Source: an uncultured Methanosarcinales archaeon
Lineage (GTDB): Archaea; Nanobdellota; Nanobdellia; Woesearchaeales; CAYVYK01
Assembly: GCA_964455675.1 (NCBI GenBank)
Contig: CAYVYK010000006.1
Span: forward strand, 16,356-80,355
DNA: 64,000 nucleotides
Direction: 5' to 3'
The notes beneath the pieces are model-generated. The model was not told where the DNA came from, made no database searches, and saw only the letters and a program-made list of their open reading frames with translations. The first letter of the stretch is position 1; every line of letters starts with the position of its first letter. The translations under genes and the position numbers were made by a program. Positions 46,358 through 55,751 of the stretch are shown here, piece by piece.

Positions 46358-48820
46358 ATGAAAATTAGGAAAGCGATACAACGCATCGCCGCCTTAGGTA
46401 TGGGTTCAGTCATGGTCGGAGCCACGCTCATGGGCGCAATGGCTTGGGACCTGAAAGACTACCCGTCCCCATTCGTCAGCGGAACGACGTTCAATGCTGT
46501 GTATGTCTTTGGAAGACAGGCGCTCGCATCTGACGTTGCAGGAGCAACGTACATTGTCAGCGCAATTCCAACGTACTTCACACCAACGACGACCACGGAC
46601 GATGTTACTGAGGTGGATGGTGCACACTTCTTAGAGACAAGCGGAACGAAGCTTGTGCTCGGAGACTACCTGAACACAGGAGAATCAATCCTGGACGACA
46701 GCGACCTGCCAGTACTCCTCGCAGACGGGGAACTTGACAAGGCAACAGGAAGCGGTAACTACAAGTACCAACAGGAGATCAACATAGGATCCTGCGCGCG
46801 CTTCACATTCGGAAATCCAACCGACTTTGAGGACAGCGAGGCGCCATTGATCTACCTTGATACGAGCAGCTGCACAGGCGCAAGCCCAATGTACAGCACC
46901 GTTATCGACTTCGAGAATGCCCAGATCAACCTGTCGCATGGCGAAGACATCGAAATCTTCGGAAAGAAATTCACACTTTCCAATGATCAAGATGAGCTCT
47001 CCACGACCAAGGTCGTACTGCAGGCAACGAGCGTCACGGACATCGTGAACGTGGGAGAAGAACGTGTTGTCAACGGAGTGACCATCAAGGTCCTTGGTGC
47101 GAACACGGACTCAAACACCGCAACGATCGTTGTGAACGGCGAAACTGACTCAGTGTCAGAAGGAGAAACACTCACCACAGATGATGACACAAATGTCTAC
47201 ATCAAGGAAGTGTTCCTGCAGACCGTCCCAACACCAACAGGTGCTGTTGAGGTATCCGTTGGCGGAAACGAAATCACCCTTGACACCGGCGAAACAGTCG
47301 ATGTTGATGATGAATCCGTTGAGGGAACGCTTGTGACCATCACAACCAGCAACTCCATGATCGATAAGATAACCGTTGCCGTATTCCCGAACGAGTATGA
47401 GTATGAGGGAGACGACGTAACTGACGTTACCTACATCGAGGCTGGAAACTGGGAACTGCCTTCAGGCGAAGAAGCACACAACCCATGGGTTGACCCTGTT
47501 TGGGGATCCTTCAAGGTTGACTTTGTCGGCTTGAGCGATGCAGTTGATGCTGATGACCGCGATGCGATCAAATTCTCCAGAAGCGGACGCGACATCAAGG
47601 TCAGCTTCGTAGGAAAGGACGACACAGACGCGGACTTCGAGGTTGACTTCGATGGCAGCCACCAGGGACGACTCATGGTCGGAAGCAAGCCACTCATCTG
47701 GGCAGGAAACGCAACCACAACAGGTTACCAGACTGTCATGGAAGATGAGTACTTCCTCCTGAACACGGGAGCCGAGAATAGCATGCCCATCTACAGCTAC
47801 ATCATGAAGTTCACCTCATACAGCAACTCAAGCTCGAATGAGAAGTTCGATTGCTCAGTTGTTGGCATGAGCGGAGACCCATGCGACTACGTCAGCTCAA
47901 CCGTTGGAAAGATCTCCCTTAAGGAGAACGTCTACGTGAAGCTGCTCGCAAGCGGTGCCACAACAAAGATCAGCATGAAGGCATGGAACAGCACTGGCAA
48001 GGGAGGACTTGGCGAAGGCATCATGACAAAGAATGATGCGTTCGTACGATTCCTTGGATACAACGCAACTGGTGGACACTATCAGAAGCAGGCACCAATC
48101 GGCGGCTACAACCTCGTGAACGCGACGAACATCACACAAGATGTTGGCGAAGCGGACTTCACGAGCGATGCAGGCGAAATGATAACGGTGCGCATGAGCT
48201 ACGATAGCACAGAGAACGAAGCAGACGTCAGCACCATATCCATGATCGGACCGTCCTTCACGACAGCAGTCTCTGACAGCGACGCGGACAAGGAGTACTT
48301 CATGACAGACTTTGGAACGTACATCTGGAGAGACACAGAAGACTCTTCAGAAGCTGAAGTCTGGGTACCAAACGGAGAGAACCAGATGAAGATCGCCTTC
48401 GCGGGCATCGATACTGGCCTCGCTGGAGTCGGAGTCGGCGGAACCACAGGAACTGTCGTTGTACCAGCCACAGCACAGAAGTTTGCGGATGAAATCACCA
48501 ATGTCGCGGCACAAAACATGCTCGTCATCGGCGGACCATGCGCGAACGCAGTCGCGGCAACCCTCATGGGCAACCCGGCAAACTGTGCAGAAGGATTCGA
48601 GCCAGGAAAGGGAGTCATCAAACTGTTCGAACAGACCGGCGGAAACGCTGCACTGCTCGTAGCAGGATACAGTGGAGATGACACCAGACTCGCGTCACTC
48701 GTCGTAGCTGACAGGACACAGCTCTTGGCACAACCTGCAGGCGTGGATGAGATAATCGTCCAAGGAACAAGCCTGTCACAAGTGACCATCAGCTATCCAG
48801 CTGCTGCCACAACTGAATAA
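46358..48820 (+). CDS. putative S-layer / cell-surface glycoprotein
   Basis: 820 aa; signal peptide; acidic, Thr/Ser/Val-rich; many N-x-S/T sequons; no C-terminal TM; C-terminal VIGGPCANAV...LLVAGYSGDDT region reminiscent of archaeal S-layer domains; strong promoter and terminator. Confidence 0.55.
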   Translation: MKIRKAIQRIAALGMGSVMVGATLMGAMAWDLKDYPSPFVSGTTFNAVYVFGRQALASDVAGATYIVSAIPTYFTPTTTTDDVTEVDGAHFLETSGTKLVLGDYLNTGESILDDSDLPVLLADGELDKATGSGNYKYQQEINIGSCARFTFGNPTDFEDSEAPLIYLDTSSCTGASPMYSTVIDFENAQINLSHGEDIEIFGKKFTLSNDQDELSTTKVVLQATSVTDIVNVGEERVVNGVTIKVLGANTDSNTATIVVNGETDSVSEGETLTTDDDTNVYIKEVFLQTVPTPTGAVEVSVGGNEITLDTGETVDVDDESVEGTLVTITTSNSMIDKITVAVFPNEYEYEGDDVTDVTYIEAGNWELPSGEEAHNPWVDPVWGSFKVDFVGLSDAVDADDRDAIKFSRSGRDIKVSFVGKDDTDADFEVDFDGSHQGRLMVGSKPLIWAGNATTTGYQTVMEDEYFLLNTGAENSMPIYSYIMKFTSYSNSSSNEKFDCSVVGMSGDPCDYVSSTVGKISLKENVYVKLLASGATTKISMKAWNSTGKGGLGEGIMTKNDAFVRFLGYNATGGHYQKQAPIGGYNLVNATNITQDVGEADFTSDAGEMITVRMSYDSTENEADVSTISMIGPSFTTAVSDSDADKEYFMTDFGTYIWRDTEDSSEAEVWVPNGENQMKIAFAGIDTGLAGVGVGGTTGTVVVPATAQKFADEITNVAAQNMLVIGGPCANAVAATLMGNPANCAEGFEPGKGVIKLFEQTGGNAALLVAGYSGDDTRLASLVVADRTQLLAQPAGVDEIIVQGTSLSQVTISYPAAATTE

Positions 48821-48825
48821 ACCAA

Positions 48826-48860
48826 AGGAACTTTTGTTCCTTTTTTTTCTCTCTTTTCTT
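48826..48860 (+). terminator. hairpin AGGAAC-TTTT-GTTCCT followed by T9 run
   Basis: Seen directly after the S-layer stop codon. Confidence 0.5.
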
Positions 48861-48916
48861 TCATTCTCAACCATTCCAGGCAAAGCTATATTAAGGAGCG
48901 AACATCCAGTCATCTC

Positions 48917-49207
48917 GTGAAAAAACCCCGCTTCAATTTCTTCTACCCAAGCTGGAAGGTATTCGTCCTCCCGGCAGTATGGGCTATCATCATCATTACC
49001 TATGCCATCCTCAACCCTATCACGTCAAACGAATTCGTTGTGAATATGGAAGAAGTCGAAGGGACTGGACAGCTGACAGCTGCGCAGGAAGTCCTTACTG
49101 TCAAGACCGTCTACTTTACCGCGCGTAGCATCATTATAACTGGAATCATCCTATATATCCTCTCCTGTGCTCTATTCCACCTCTATTCTACTTATAGTCG
49201 CAGGTGA
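48917..49207 (+). CDS. small membrane protein (2 TM)
   Basis: 96-aa ORF with two hydrophobic helices, overlaps next gene by 4 nt. Confidence 0.4.
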   Translation: MKKPRFNFFYPSWKVFVLPAVWAIIIITYAILNPITSNEFVVNMEEVEGTGQLTAAQEVLTVKTVYFTARSIIITGIILYILSCALFHLYSTYSRR

Positions 49208-49947
49208 ATCCGGTGAAGCACGTATCATCGCTGATGCTCGCCATCATCCTCATCCCAGTGGTGTGCGCACTTGAATGCTCAGAAGACTCCTTTTCCTGTA
49301 CATCATGGGGAGAGTGTCAAGAGGACAATCACCAAGAACGAACCTGCGCACTCGTCAGCGACTGTCCGAATGTTCTCTCACCATGGCCTGAGGAACGCAA
49401 GGCATGCGAGTACACTTCACCTCTCGTAAGAGAGGCCAAGTGCACGATGGACTATCTTGGAGACCGGATTGCCTGTAGAATTGAATTGAACGCTTCGGAT
49501 GTTGTTCCTGATCTTGCCATGGCGTACATCCCTGAGGAGTGTATCACCCTGCAAGGATCAAAGGCTATCGAAAATTGCACGAGAGACATGGGACGGTTTA
49601 CACAGTGCCGGCAATTTCCTTATGGCCAACAAAGGGTTCGATGCGCCAAACAAGTCATCGGTCTTCATAATACAACACCATTTAATTGTACAAACAACAC
49701 CCTCGCATGTGATACATGGAAATCACAGATTGTCAGGCTAACCCTTTTCCGCATGGATGAACTTGCGGTCCGAGCACAGGACCTGTATCAACACGGTCGC
49801 ATACCAAAGGAGCATACCGTTACCTTCATCGCAGAAGTAGAACGTAGGAAGGAAAATTTTCGCCTGGCAACATCCTACAGCGAGCGACGAAGGGCGATAC
49901 TTGAAGTCCGCAAACTGTGGCAGGATCTCCTGGGGGTCATGACATGA
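49204..49947 (+). CDS. secreted Cys-rich protein
   Basis: Signal peptide, ~20 Cys in 247 aa. Confidence 0.45.
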   Translation: MNPVKHVSSLMLAIILIPVVCALECSEDSFSCTSWGECQEDNHQERTCALVSDCPNVLSPWPEERKACEYTSPLVREAKCTMDYLGDRIACRIELNASDVVPDLAMAYIPEECITLQGSKAIENCTRDMGRFTQCRQFPYGQQRVRCAKQVIGLHNTTPFNCTNNTLACDTWKSQIVRLTLFRMDELAVRAQDLYQHGRIPKEHTVTFIAEVERRKENFRLATSYSERRRAILEVRKLWQDLLGVMT

Positions 49948-50192
49948 GACTGCTCATCGCATTATTCTTCATACTTCTCATCACTTCGTGTGGGTTTTTT
50001 CGTGATGAACCAATGCTTAATATCAGCAATTCCACGGAATTGAGTCAGACACCTACCCCTTCCCCCACACCTCTGGACTGGGATGCACTCGCAAATCCCC
50101 AAATACTTCCAGAAAATCCCGACAATCATGAACCCGATATTCTCTATGATGACCTGGATGAGGCCCTCAGCGCCGCGGGATACCTTGGGTGA
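49917..50192 (+). CDS. small secreted protein (possible lipoprotein, LITSCGFF)
   Basis: 91-aa ORF with signal peptide, acidic C-terminus. Confidence 0.35.
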   Translation: MAGSPGGHDMRLLIALFFILLITSCGFFRDEPMLNISNSTELSQTPTPSPTPLDWDALANPQILPENPDNHEPDILYDDLDEALSAAGYLG

Positions 50193-50196
50193 ACCA

Positions 50197-50808
50197 CTAG
50201 AATTTTGCCTTATTTCGACCGCGAGCCTCAACTTCCTCGAGCCGCGCCACAACCGCATCTGCCTGATCAGCTGTCCCCTTGTACCTGTTCAAGATACCGT
50301 TGAAGCAGTCTTCCCAGACTTTGTAATGTTTTGATTCGAGCGCAGTACGAAGCAAGTGCAAATCAACTGCCCGGTCCTCAATCTTCCTTGAGAAAAAACT
50401 GAGTCCAAAATCAATGAATGCAATATCACCATCTTTCGTGAGGATCATATTCGACGTCGTCAAGTCGCCATGAATTACCCCAAGGTTATGAAGCTCAGCC
50501 AATCTTTCTCCGATTGCTGCAGAAATCATTCTATAGTCCCTTAATTCGAGGATGTCTCGGATTTTTTCTCCAGAAACCTCCTCCATTGTCACAACCATCT
50601 TGGTATCATCCATGCCAAGAAGGCGCGGAGCTGGAAATTGAACCTTTCCGAGCGTCTCCAGGACTTTTGCTTCACGCCTTGTTCGGAACTTTCTCAAAGG
50701 AATATCAATTTCACGAAGTCGGTACTTCTTCTCCTGGCGCACTTTTTCAAGAACGTTCCCTTTGCGCAGAATAACAGCCTCAGCTCCTTCTCCAACGATG
50801 GTCCGCAT
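50197..50808 (-). CDS. bud32: Kae1-associated kinase Bud32 (RIO-type small kinase of the KEOPS complex)
   Basis: ~200 aa; G-rich loop region, VIHGDLTTSNMIL catalytic loop, DFGLS; typical Bud32 size. Confidence 0.7.
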   Translation of the reverse strand: MRTIVGEGAEAVILRKGNVLEKVRQEKKYRLREIDIPLRKFRTRREAKVLETLGKVQFPAPRLLGMDDTKMVVTMEEVSGEKIRDILELRDYRMISAAIGERLAELHNLGVIHGDLTTSNMILTKDGDIAFIDFGLSFFSRKIEDRAVDLHLLRTALESKHYKVWEDCFNGILNRYKGTADQADAVVARLEEVEARGRNKAKF

Positions 50809-51108
50809 CTATTCAACACCAGGCTTTTTCGTGAGTACGATCTCAATCGTGGAAACACTGACATCACGGCCTTTCTTGTTCGTGAATCCCTCACTATCGG
50901 TGTGGATAGTCTTTACTTCCACTTGCTCACTTAAGAATTTCTTCGTAACAACCTCAATCACATCAACCGCGCGAGAAATAAACTTGCCCCGGGCTTTCAC
51001 CAGGACCTCCTTGGCATTCTTCGTTGTGAACTGCATCACAATAGCCGTCACGTAGTTCATAAACGGCTTACTACCTATATACACTGAGTTGTCGTCAGCC
51101 TCTGGCAT
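50809..51108 (-). CDS. albA: DNA/RNA-binding protein Alba
   Basis: NSVYIGSKPFMNYVTAIVMQF...VKARGKFISRAVDVIEVV...VSTIEIVL collinear with Alba. Confidence 0.8.
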   Translation of the reverse strand: MPEADDNSVYIGSKPFMNYVTAIVMQFTTKNAKEVLVKARGKFISRAVDVIEVVTKKFLSEQVEVKTIHTDSEGFTNKKGRDVSVSTIEIVLTKKPGVE

Positions 51109-51120
51109 ACTACCGCCCCC

Positions 51121-51330
51121 CTAGTCCGTGTAGTCCTGCACGTCCTTCTTCAATTTTGCCTGATGAGCCAATGAGCCTGCGAGTACATTTCGTAACTTCT
51201 TACTTCTGACGTCTGCAACCGCCATAAGAGCTGCCTTGTTATCCTGGAAACTTCCAGTAAAACGGGCTCCGTGCTCTCTGCCGAGCTGCTTTGTGATCCG
51301 CTTGATCATCTTCGTCTTAATGCGTCCCAT
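51121..51330 (-). CDS. rps17e: 30S ribosomal protein S17e
   Basis: MGRIKTKMIKRITKQL... matches S17e N-terminus (MG.IR...IKR); 69 aa. Confidence 0.75.
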   Translation of the reverse strand: MGRIKTKMIKRITKQLGREHGARFTGSFQDNKAALMAVADVRSKKLRNVLAGSLAHQAKLKKDVQDYTD

Positions 51331-51435
51331 AACCTTTGAGGAGCTTTCCTTGCTTTATAAATGTTGTTGTTCCAAGGTTCTCATGCGCCAGGCTTCAACG
51401 GTATTCTTATATACGCCTGGAATATTCACTTCGGT

Positions 51436-52209
51436 ATGAATGAATGGCATCTTCATCAGCATCGCAAGAACCTTCGGTTTCGTAAACCTTTGCTCCTCAC
51501 GGGCCTTCCAGGCATCGGAAATGTTGGAAAAGTGGTTGTTGACTTCCTCGTTGAGGAGCTTGATGCACAGATAGTCTACTCATTCACCTCTCACTCGTTT
51601 CCGCACTGTGTGTTTGTCAATGATCAAAATCTTGTTGAACTACCGAGGATATCTCTCTATCACATCGCACTCAAACAGCGGGATCTTCTTCTGCTCGCAG
51701 GAGATGTCCAGCCTATCGATGAACGCTCATGTTATCAGTTCTGCGAAAACCTACTTTCCCTACTTGTAAAATCAAAAGGGATTGAAATCGTCACACTTGG
51801 AGGTATTGGGCTCTCAGAAGTGCCCAAGAAACCACGATTATACTGCACTGGAAACGATCAAGCACACATCAAGGCCTTTGCGAGCGGCACTGAGATGAGC
51901 CAGGAACTCTATGGCGTTATCGGGCCGATCATTGGTGTAAGCGGACTTCTCCTTGGACTCTCGGAACACTACCGCATACCGAGCGTAGGTATTCTTGCCG
52001 AGACATATGGCCATCCCATGTATCTTGGAGTTGGGGGAGCGCGGATGATCCTTAAAATCCTCAAAAAGAAACTTGATCTTGACATCAGTCCTGAGGAGCT
52101 TGAGAAGGAAATCAGGCAGGTTGAGATGGAAGTGCAGAAACGTAGCAAGGACCTTGGCCTCGCCATTTCAGGTAAGGCAAGAAAATCAGATATGGATTAT
52201 ATCGGTTAG
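51436..52209 (+). CDS. PAC2-family proteasome assembly chaperone-like protein (second paralog)
   Basis: LLTGLPGIGNVGKVVVDFLVEEL signature. Start moved to Met26 (MNEWHL) to leave a divergent promoter region with rps17e. Confidence 0.55.
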   Translation: MNEWHLHQHRKNLRFRKPLLLTGLPGIGNVGKVVVDFLVEELDAQIVYSFTSHSFPHCVFVNDQNLVELPRISLYHIALKQRDLLLLAGDVQPIDERSCYQFCENLLSLLVKSKGIEIVTLGGIGLSEVPKKPRLYCTGNDQAHIKAFASGTEMSQELYGVIGPIIGVSGLLLGLSEHYRIPSVGILAETYGHPMYLGVGGARMILKILKKKLDLDISPEELEKEIRQVEMEVQKRSKDLGLAISGKARKSDMDYIG

Positions 52210-52287
52210 CATTTCCGCCAGGATATCTGCTCGTACGATAAGCACATCTACTACAGACTGAAGGTGTATTGATGACAAGGTTAATAA

Positions 52288-53601
52288 ATGTCCCGATGTA
52301 AGAATATGCTGATCCCTATGGCACACGAAATTCTTGATGTAAAAGCGCGGGAAATCCTCGACTCGCGCGGAAATCCCACAGTTGAGGTAGATATCATTAC
52401 AAAAAAAGGAGTCTTCCGGTCACAAGTCCCAAGTGGAGCCTCCACGGGAACGCATGAAGCACTTGAACTCCGCGATGGCGACAAACGTTATGATGGCAAG
52501 GGCGTTCAAAAAGCAGTTACAAACATTATTACAATCATCGCCCCGGAAATTAAAGGGCTCAACTGTACAAAACAAAAGATGATCGACGATCTTATGCTCG
52601 AGCTTGATGGAACAGAAAACAAATCAAAATTAGGAGCAAACGCAATTCTTGGAGTATCAATGGCTGTATGCATCGCTGGAGCAGCAGCAAAAAAACTACC
52701 CCTCTACAAGTACATTGCGCACAAGGTTGGAGTCAAGACGTTTGTGATGCCAGTCCCATGCTTTAACGTCATCAATGGCGGGAAGCACGCGGGCGACAAG
52801 GGAGGCATTCAGGAATACATGATCCTTCCCGTAGGAGCGACGAGCTTTTCGGAAGCACTCCGGATGGGAGCAGAAGTGTACCACCATCTCAAAGACGTGA
52901 TCAAGAAAAAACATGGGCTCATCAGTACCAATGTCGGGGATGAAGGGGGATTCGTGCTCTCTGTTGATGACCAGCGCGAGCCTCTCCGCGATCTTATGGA
53001 GGCAATTCACGAGTGCGGATATGACGGCAAGATCATGATCGGGCTTGACGCTGCCGCGAGCGAATTCTACAAGGACGGAAAATACACTATCGATGGAAAA
53101 CAGCTCTTTGCCGGCGAACTCCTGCAGTACTGGCTCAAGATCGTCGATGAATTTCCCATCGTCTCCATCGAGGATCCATTCACCCAGGAGGACTTTGACC
53201 ACTTCGCACTCCTCACCAAGAGAATCGGGAATCGAGTCCAGATTGTTGGCGATGACCTCCTCGTCACGAACGTCTCTCGCATGAAGAAAGCGATTGAAAA
53301 GGGATCATGCAACGCACTCCTCCTCAAAGTCAACCAGATCGGGAGCGTGACCGAAGCGATCGCTGCAGCAAAGCTTGCGAAAAAGAAAAAATGGGGCGTC
53401 ATGACAAGCCACAGGAGCGGCGAGACACCTGACACTTTTATCGCCGACCTTGCCGTGGGGCTGATGACCGGACAGATCAAATCTGGCGCGCCCTGCCGGG
53501 GAGAGCGGCTCGCAAAATATAACCAGCTCCTGCGCATCGAGGAGGAACTTGGCAGTTCATGCAGCTATGCAGGAGAGCATTTCCGCAGACCTGGCTCCTA
53601 A
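52288..53601 (+). CDS. eno: enolase (phosphopyruvate hydratase)
   Basis: [22 protein letters not shown], catalytic DDLLVTN, SHRSGET; start may be Met11 at 52318. Confidence 0.9.
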   Translation: MSRCKNMLIPMAHEILDVKAREILDSRGNPTVEVDIITKKGVFRSQVPSGASTGTHEALELRDGDKRYDGKGVQKAVTNIITIIAPEIKGLNCTKQKMIDDLMLELDGTENKSKLGANAILGVSMAVCIAGAAAKKLPLYKYIAHKVGVKTFVMPVPCFNVINGGKHAGDKGGIQEYMILPVGATSFSEALRMGAEVYHHLKDVIKKKHGLISTNVGDEGGFVLSVDDQREPLRDLMEAIHECGYDGKIMIGLDAAASEFYKDGKYTIDGKQLFAGELLQYWLKIVDEFPIVSIEDPFTQEDFDHFALLTKRIGNRVQIVGDDLLVTNVSRMKKAIEKGSCNALLLKVNQIGSVTEAIAAAKLAKKKKWGVMTSHRSGETPDTFIADLAVGLMTGQIKSGAPCRGERLAKYNQLLRIEEELGSSCSYAGEHFRRPGS

Positions 53602-53690
53602 GAAACGATTAAGCATTTTGTTTATCTTGCCTACACAAATTTTAAATAGTATGCAACCTCCTCAGGTGATAATACGAACGATTTGATGAG

Positions 53691-54302
53691 GTGAATTCTA
53701 TGGCACATCAATTACCACCACTACCATACAAGTATAATGCGCTCGAGCCATTTATCGATGAGCAAACAATGCGGATCCATCACGATAAGCACCATCAGGC
53801 ATATGTTGACAAGCTTAATGATGCATTACAGGGTCATCCAGATCTTGAGAAGATTCCCGTCGAAAAACTGCTATCCAATCTGGCAAAAGTTCCTGAGAAC
53901 ATGAGGATGGCTATCCGAAACCATGGCGGGGGGCATGCTAACCACACGTTCTTCTGGACACTTCTTAGGAAAGGCGTAAAACCGAAAGGAAAGATTGTGG
54001 ACGACATTATTGCGACGTGGGGATCAATGGAGAAATTCCAAGCGGAATTTACGCTTGCCGCGCTTTCACGGTTTGGAAGCGGATGGGCATGGCTTGTACT
54101 CTCCAAGGGAAAACTCCTCATCATGAGCACGCCAAATCAGGACTCTCCCGTAAGCGAAGGGCTCGTCCCATTGCTCACCATCGATGTGTGGGAACACGCA
54201 TATTATCTCAAGTATCAGAATAGAAGAAACGAATACCTTAATGCGTTTTTTTCCGTCATCAACTGGGATAAAGTCAACGAGCTCTACGAGGCAGCACGGT
54301 AA
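53691..54302 (+). CDS. sod: Fe/Mn superoxide dismutase
   Basis: HHDKHHQAYV, DVWEHAYY metal-binding signatures. Confidence 0.9.
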   Translation: MNSMAHQLPPLPYKYNALEPFIDEQTMRIHHDKHHQAYVDKLNDALQGHPDLEKIPVEKLLSNLAKVPENMRMAIRNHGGGHANHTFFWTLLRKGVKPKGKIVDDIIATWGSMEKFQAEFTLAALSRFGSGWAWLVLSKGKLLIMSTPNQDSPVSEGLVPLLTIDVWEHAYYLKYQNRRNEYLNAFFSVINWDKVNELYEAAR

Positions 54303-54337
54303 TCCAGTTGTTGTATTGAACTTACCTTATTCAGTGA

Positions 54338-54922
54338 CTACTTAGTGTTCTCGCGAGAAAAAATCGCGTACAATACCAAAGCAAGTGCTGCACCGCCAAG
54401 GAACCACCCTACAATCAGGGGGGCAGACCCTGTCTGCGTGACGATCGTGTCCGCAGCCGCCTTCGCCTGAAGACCCTGTTCCATGACAGGAGAGGCAAGC
54501 ATGTTTGGGGTGGAGGCGTCACGAAGGAAGGAAGCACTCTGGAAGAGGTGGATGAAGACGGCTGTTGCACCAATGATAACGACAACCGGAAGGATGCTGC
54601 GCAGTTTTTCCTTGATGCCCCAGACTCTCGTCGGAGTGATGATGATATACTTGTTCGCAAGACGGTAATGGTTCACTTCCCGGCCGCGCTTACTATAGTG
54701 AAAGGTATCAGCAACCACAAGTCCGGCATCCATCAATTGCTGGAGATTATAATGCACTGTCGGCATAGGAATGCCAAGATTCTTTGACAGTTCAGATTCC
54801 GTACCCTCATGCTTTGTGAGGAACTCAAGTATCTTTTTGCACGATTCATTTCCCACTATGTTCGCTACTTTCCGTGCGCGTTCATCATCGAGCGAGAGCA
54901 AAAGAAAATTTTTCTCAGCCAT
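54338..54922 (-). CDS. ArsR-type winged-helix regulator fused to C-terminal TM segments
   Basis: HTH ESELSKNLGIPMPTVHYNLQQLMDAGLVVAD; two C-terminal hydrophobic helices. Confidence 0.5.
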   Translation of the reverse strand: MAEKNFLLLSLDDERARKVANIVGNESCKKILEFLTKHEGTESELSKNLGIPMPTVHYNLQQLMDAGLVVADTFHYSKRGREVNHYRLANKYIIITPTRVWGIKEKLRSILPVVVIIGATAVFIHLFQSASFLRDASTPNMLASPVMEQGLQAKAAADTIVTQTGSAPLIVGWFLGGAALALVLYAIFSRENTK

Positions 54923-55042
54923 ACCAGGAAATGATGCACGAGAATATAAAAGACTTTTGTAGAATTCAATCCCTATTGAAGTCTTGGCACAAGACGAGCT
55001 TATTCTAGAAGGGAATCTTATAAATATCCAGCATCACTTGAG

Positions 55043-55717
55043 ATGAGTATGGAACTCCACAATGCAGTTGTCGTGATTACCGGCGGTGCCGTTGGTATCG
55101 GAAGAGAAACTGCAATCGCATTCAGCAAACGAGGAGCACGAGTTGTCATCTGCTATCATCAGTCTAGGAAGGAAGCCCTGCAGCTCTCAACGACACTTCA
55201 TGCGACAGCGGTGGCCCTCGACGTGCGGTCCGATTCATCAATTCGCGAGGCCCTCGAGCAGATCAAGGCAACATTCAGCCGGATCGATATCCTCGTCAAT
55301 AATGCAGGAGTAATGGTCCGCAAACCACTGCGGGAGCAGGCTAGTGAGCAAATCGATAATCAAATAGCCACAAACCTTACAGGACTCATTAAGACAACAC
55401 GTGAATTCCTACCCTACCTTGCTCATGGCATGATCATCAACATCGCAAGCGGTGCTGGAAAGCAAGGGTATGGGGGACTAGGAGTATATTCAGCCACAAA
55501 GTTTGGAGTCCGGGGATTTACTCAAGCTCTTGCGAACGAGGAACCTAATACTAAAGTGTTCGTCGTTAATCCCGGGCTTACAAAAACACGGATGACCGAT
55601 TTTCGGGGAATCGAACCGTCCATTGTTGCCGAAATCATCGTACAAACAGCTGAGGAAAAACTCGGAAAGAAATCTGGTGACGACATTGACGTTTGGGATT
55701 ACGCCAGGTTACGATAA
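55043..55717 (+). CDS. short-chain dehydrogenase/reductase (SDR)
   Basis: TGGAVGIGRETA Rossmann motif, NNAG, catalytic YSATK. Confidence 0.75.
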   Translation: MSMELHNAVVVITGGAVGIGRETAIAFSKRGARVVICYHQSRKEALQLSTTLHATAVALDVRSDSSIREALEQIKATFSRIDILVNNAGVMVRKPLREQASEQIDNQIATNLTGLIKTTREFLPYLAHGMIINIASGAGKQGYGGLGVYSATKFGVRGFTQALANEEPNTKVFVVNPGLTKTRMTDFRGIEPSIVAEIIVQTAEEKLGKKSGDDIDVWDYARLR

Positions 55718-55751
55718 ATATATTAAGGGCAAATGCGGATTTTCTTTATAA

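Noticed and set aside
48199-48789. 196-aa ORF on the minus strand within the S-layer gene
   Set aside because: It is antisense to a long, well-supported coding region and is an Ala/Thr/Ser-rich artefact frame.
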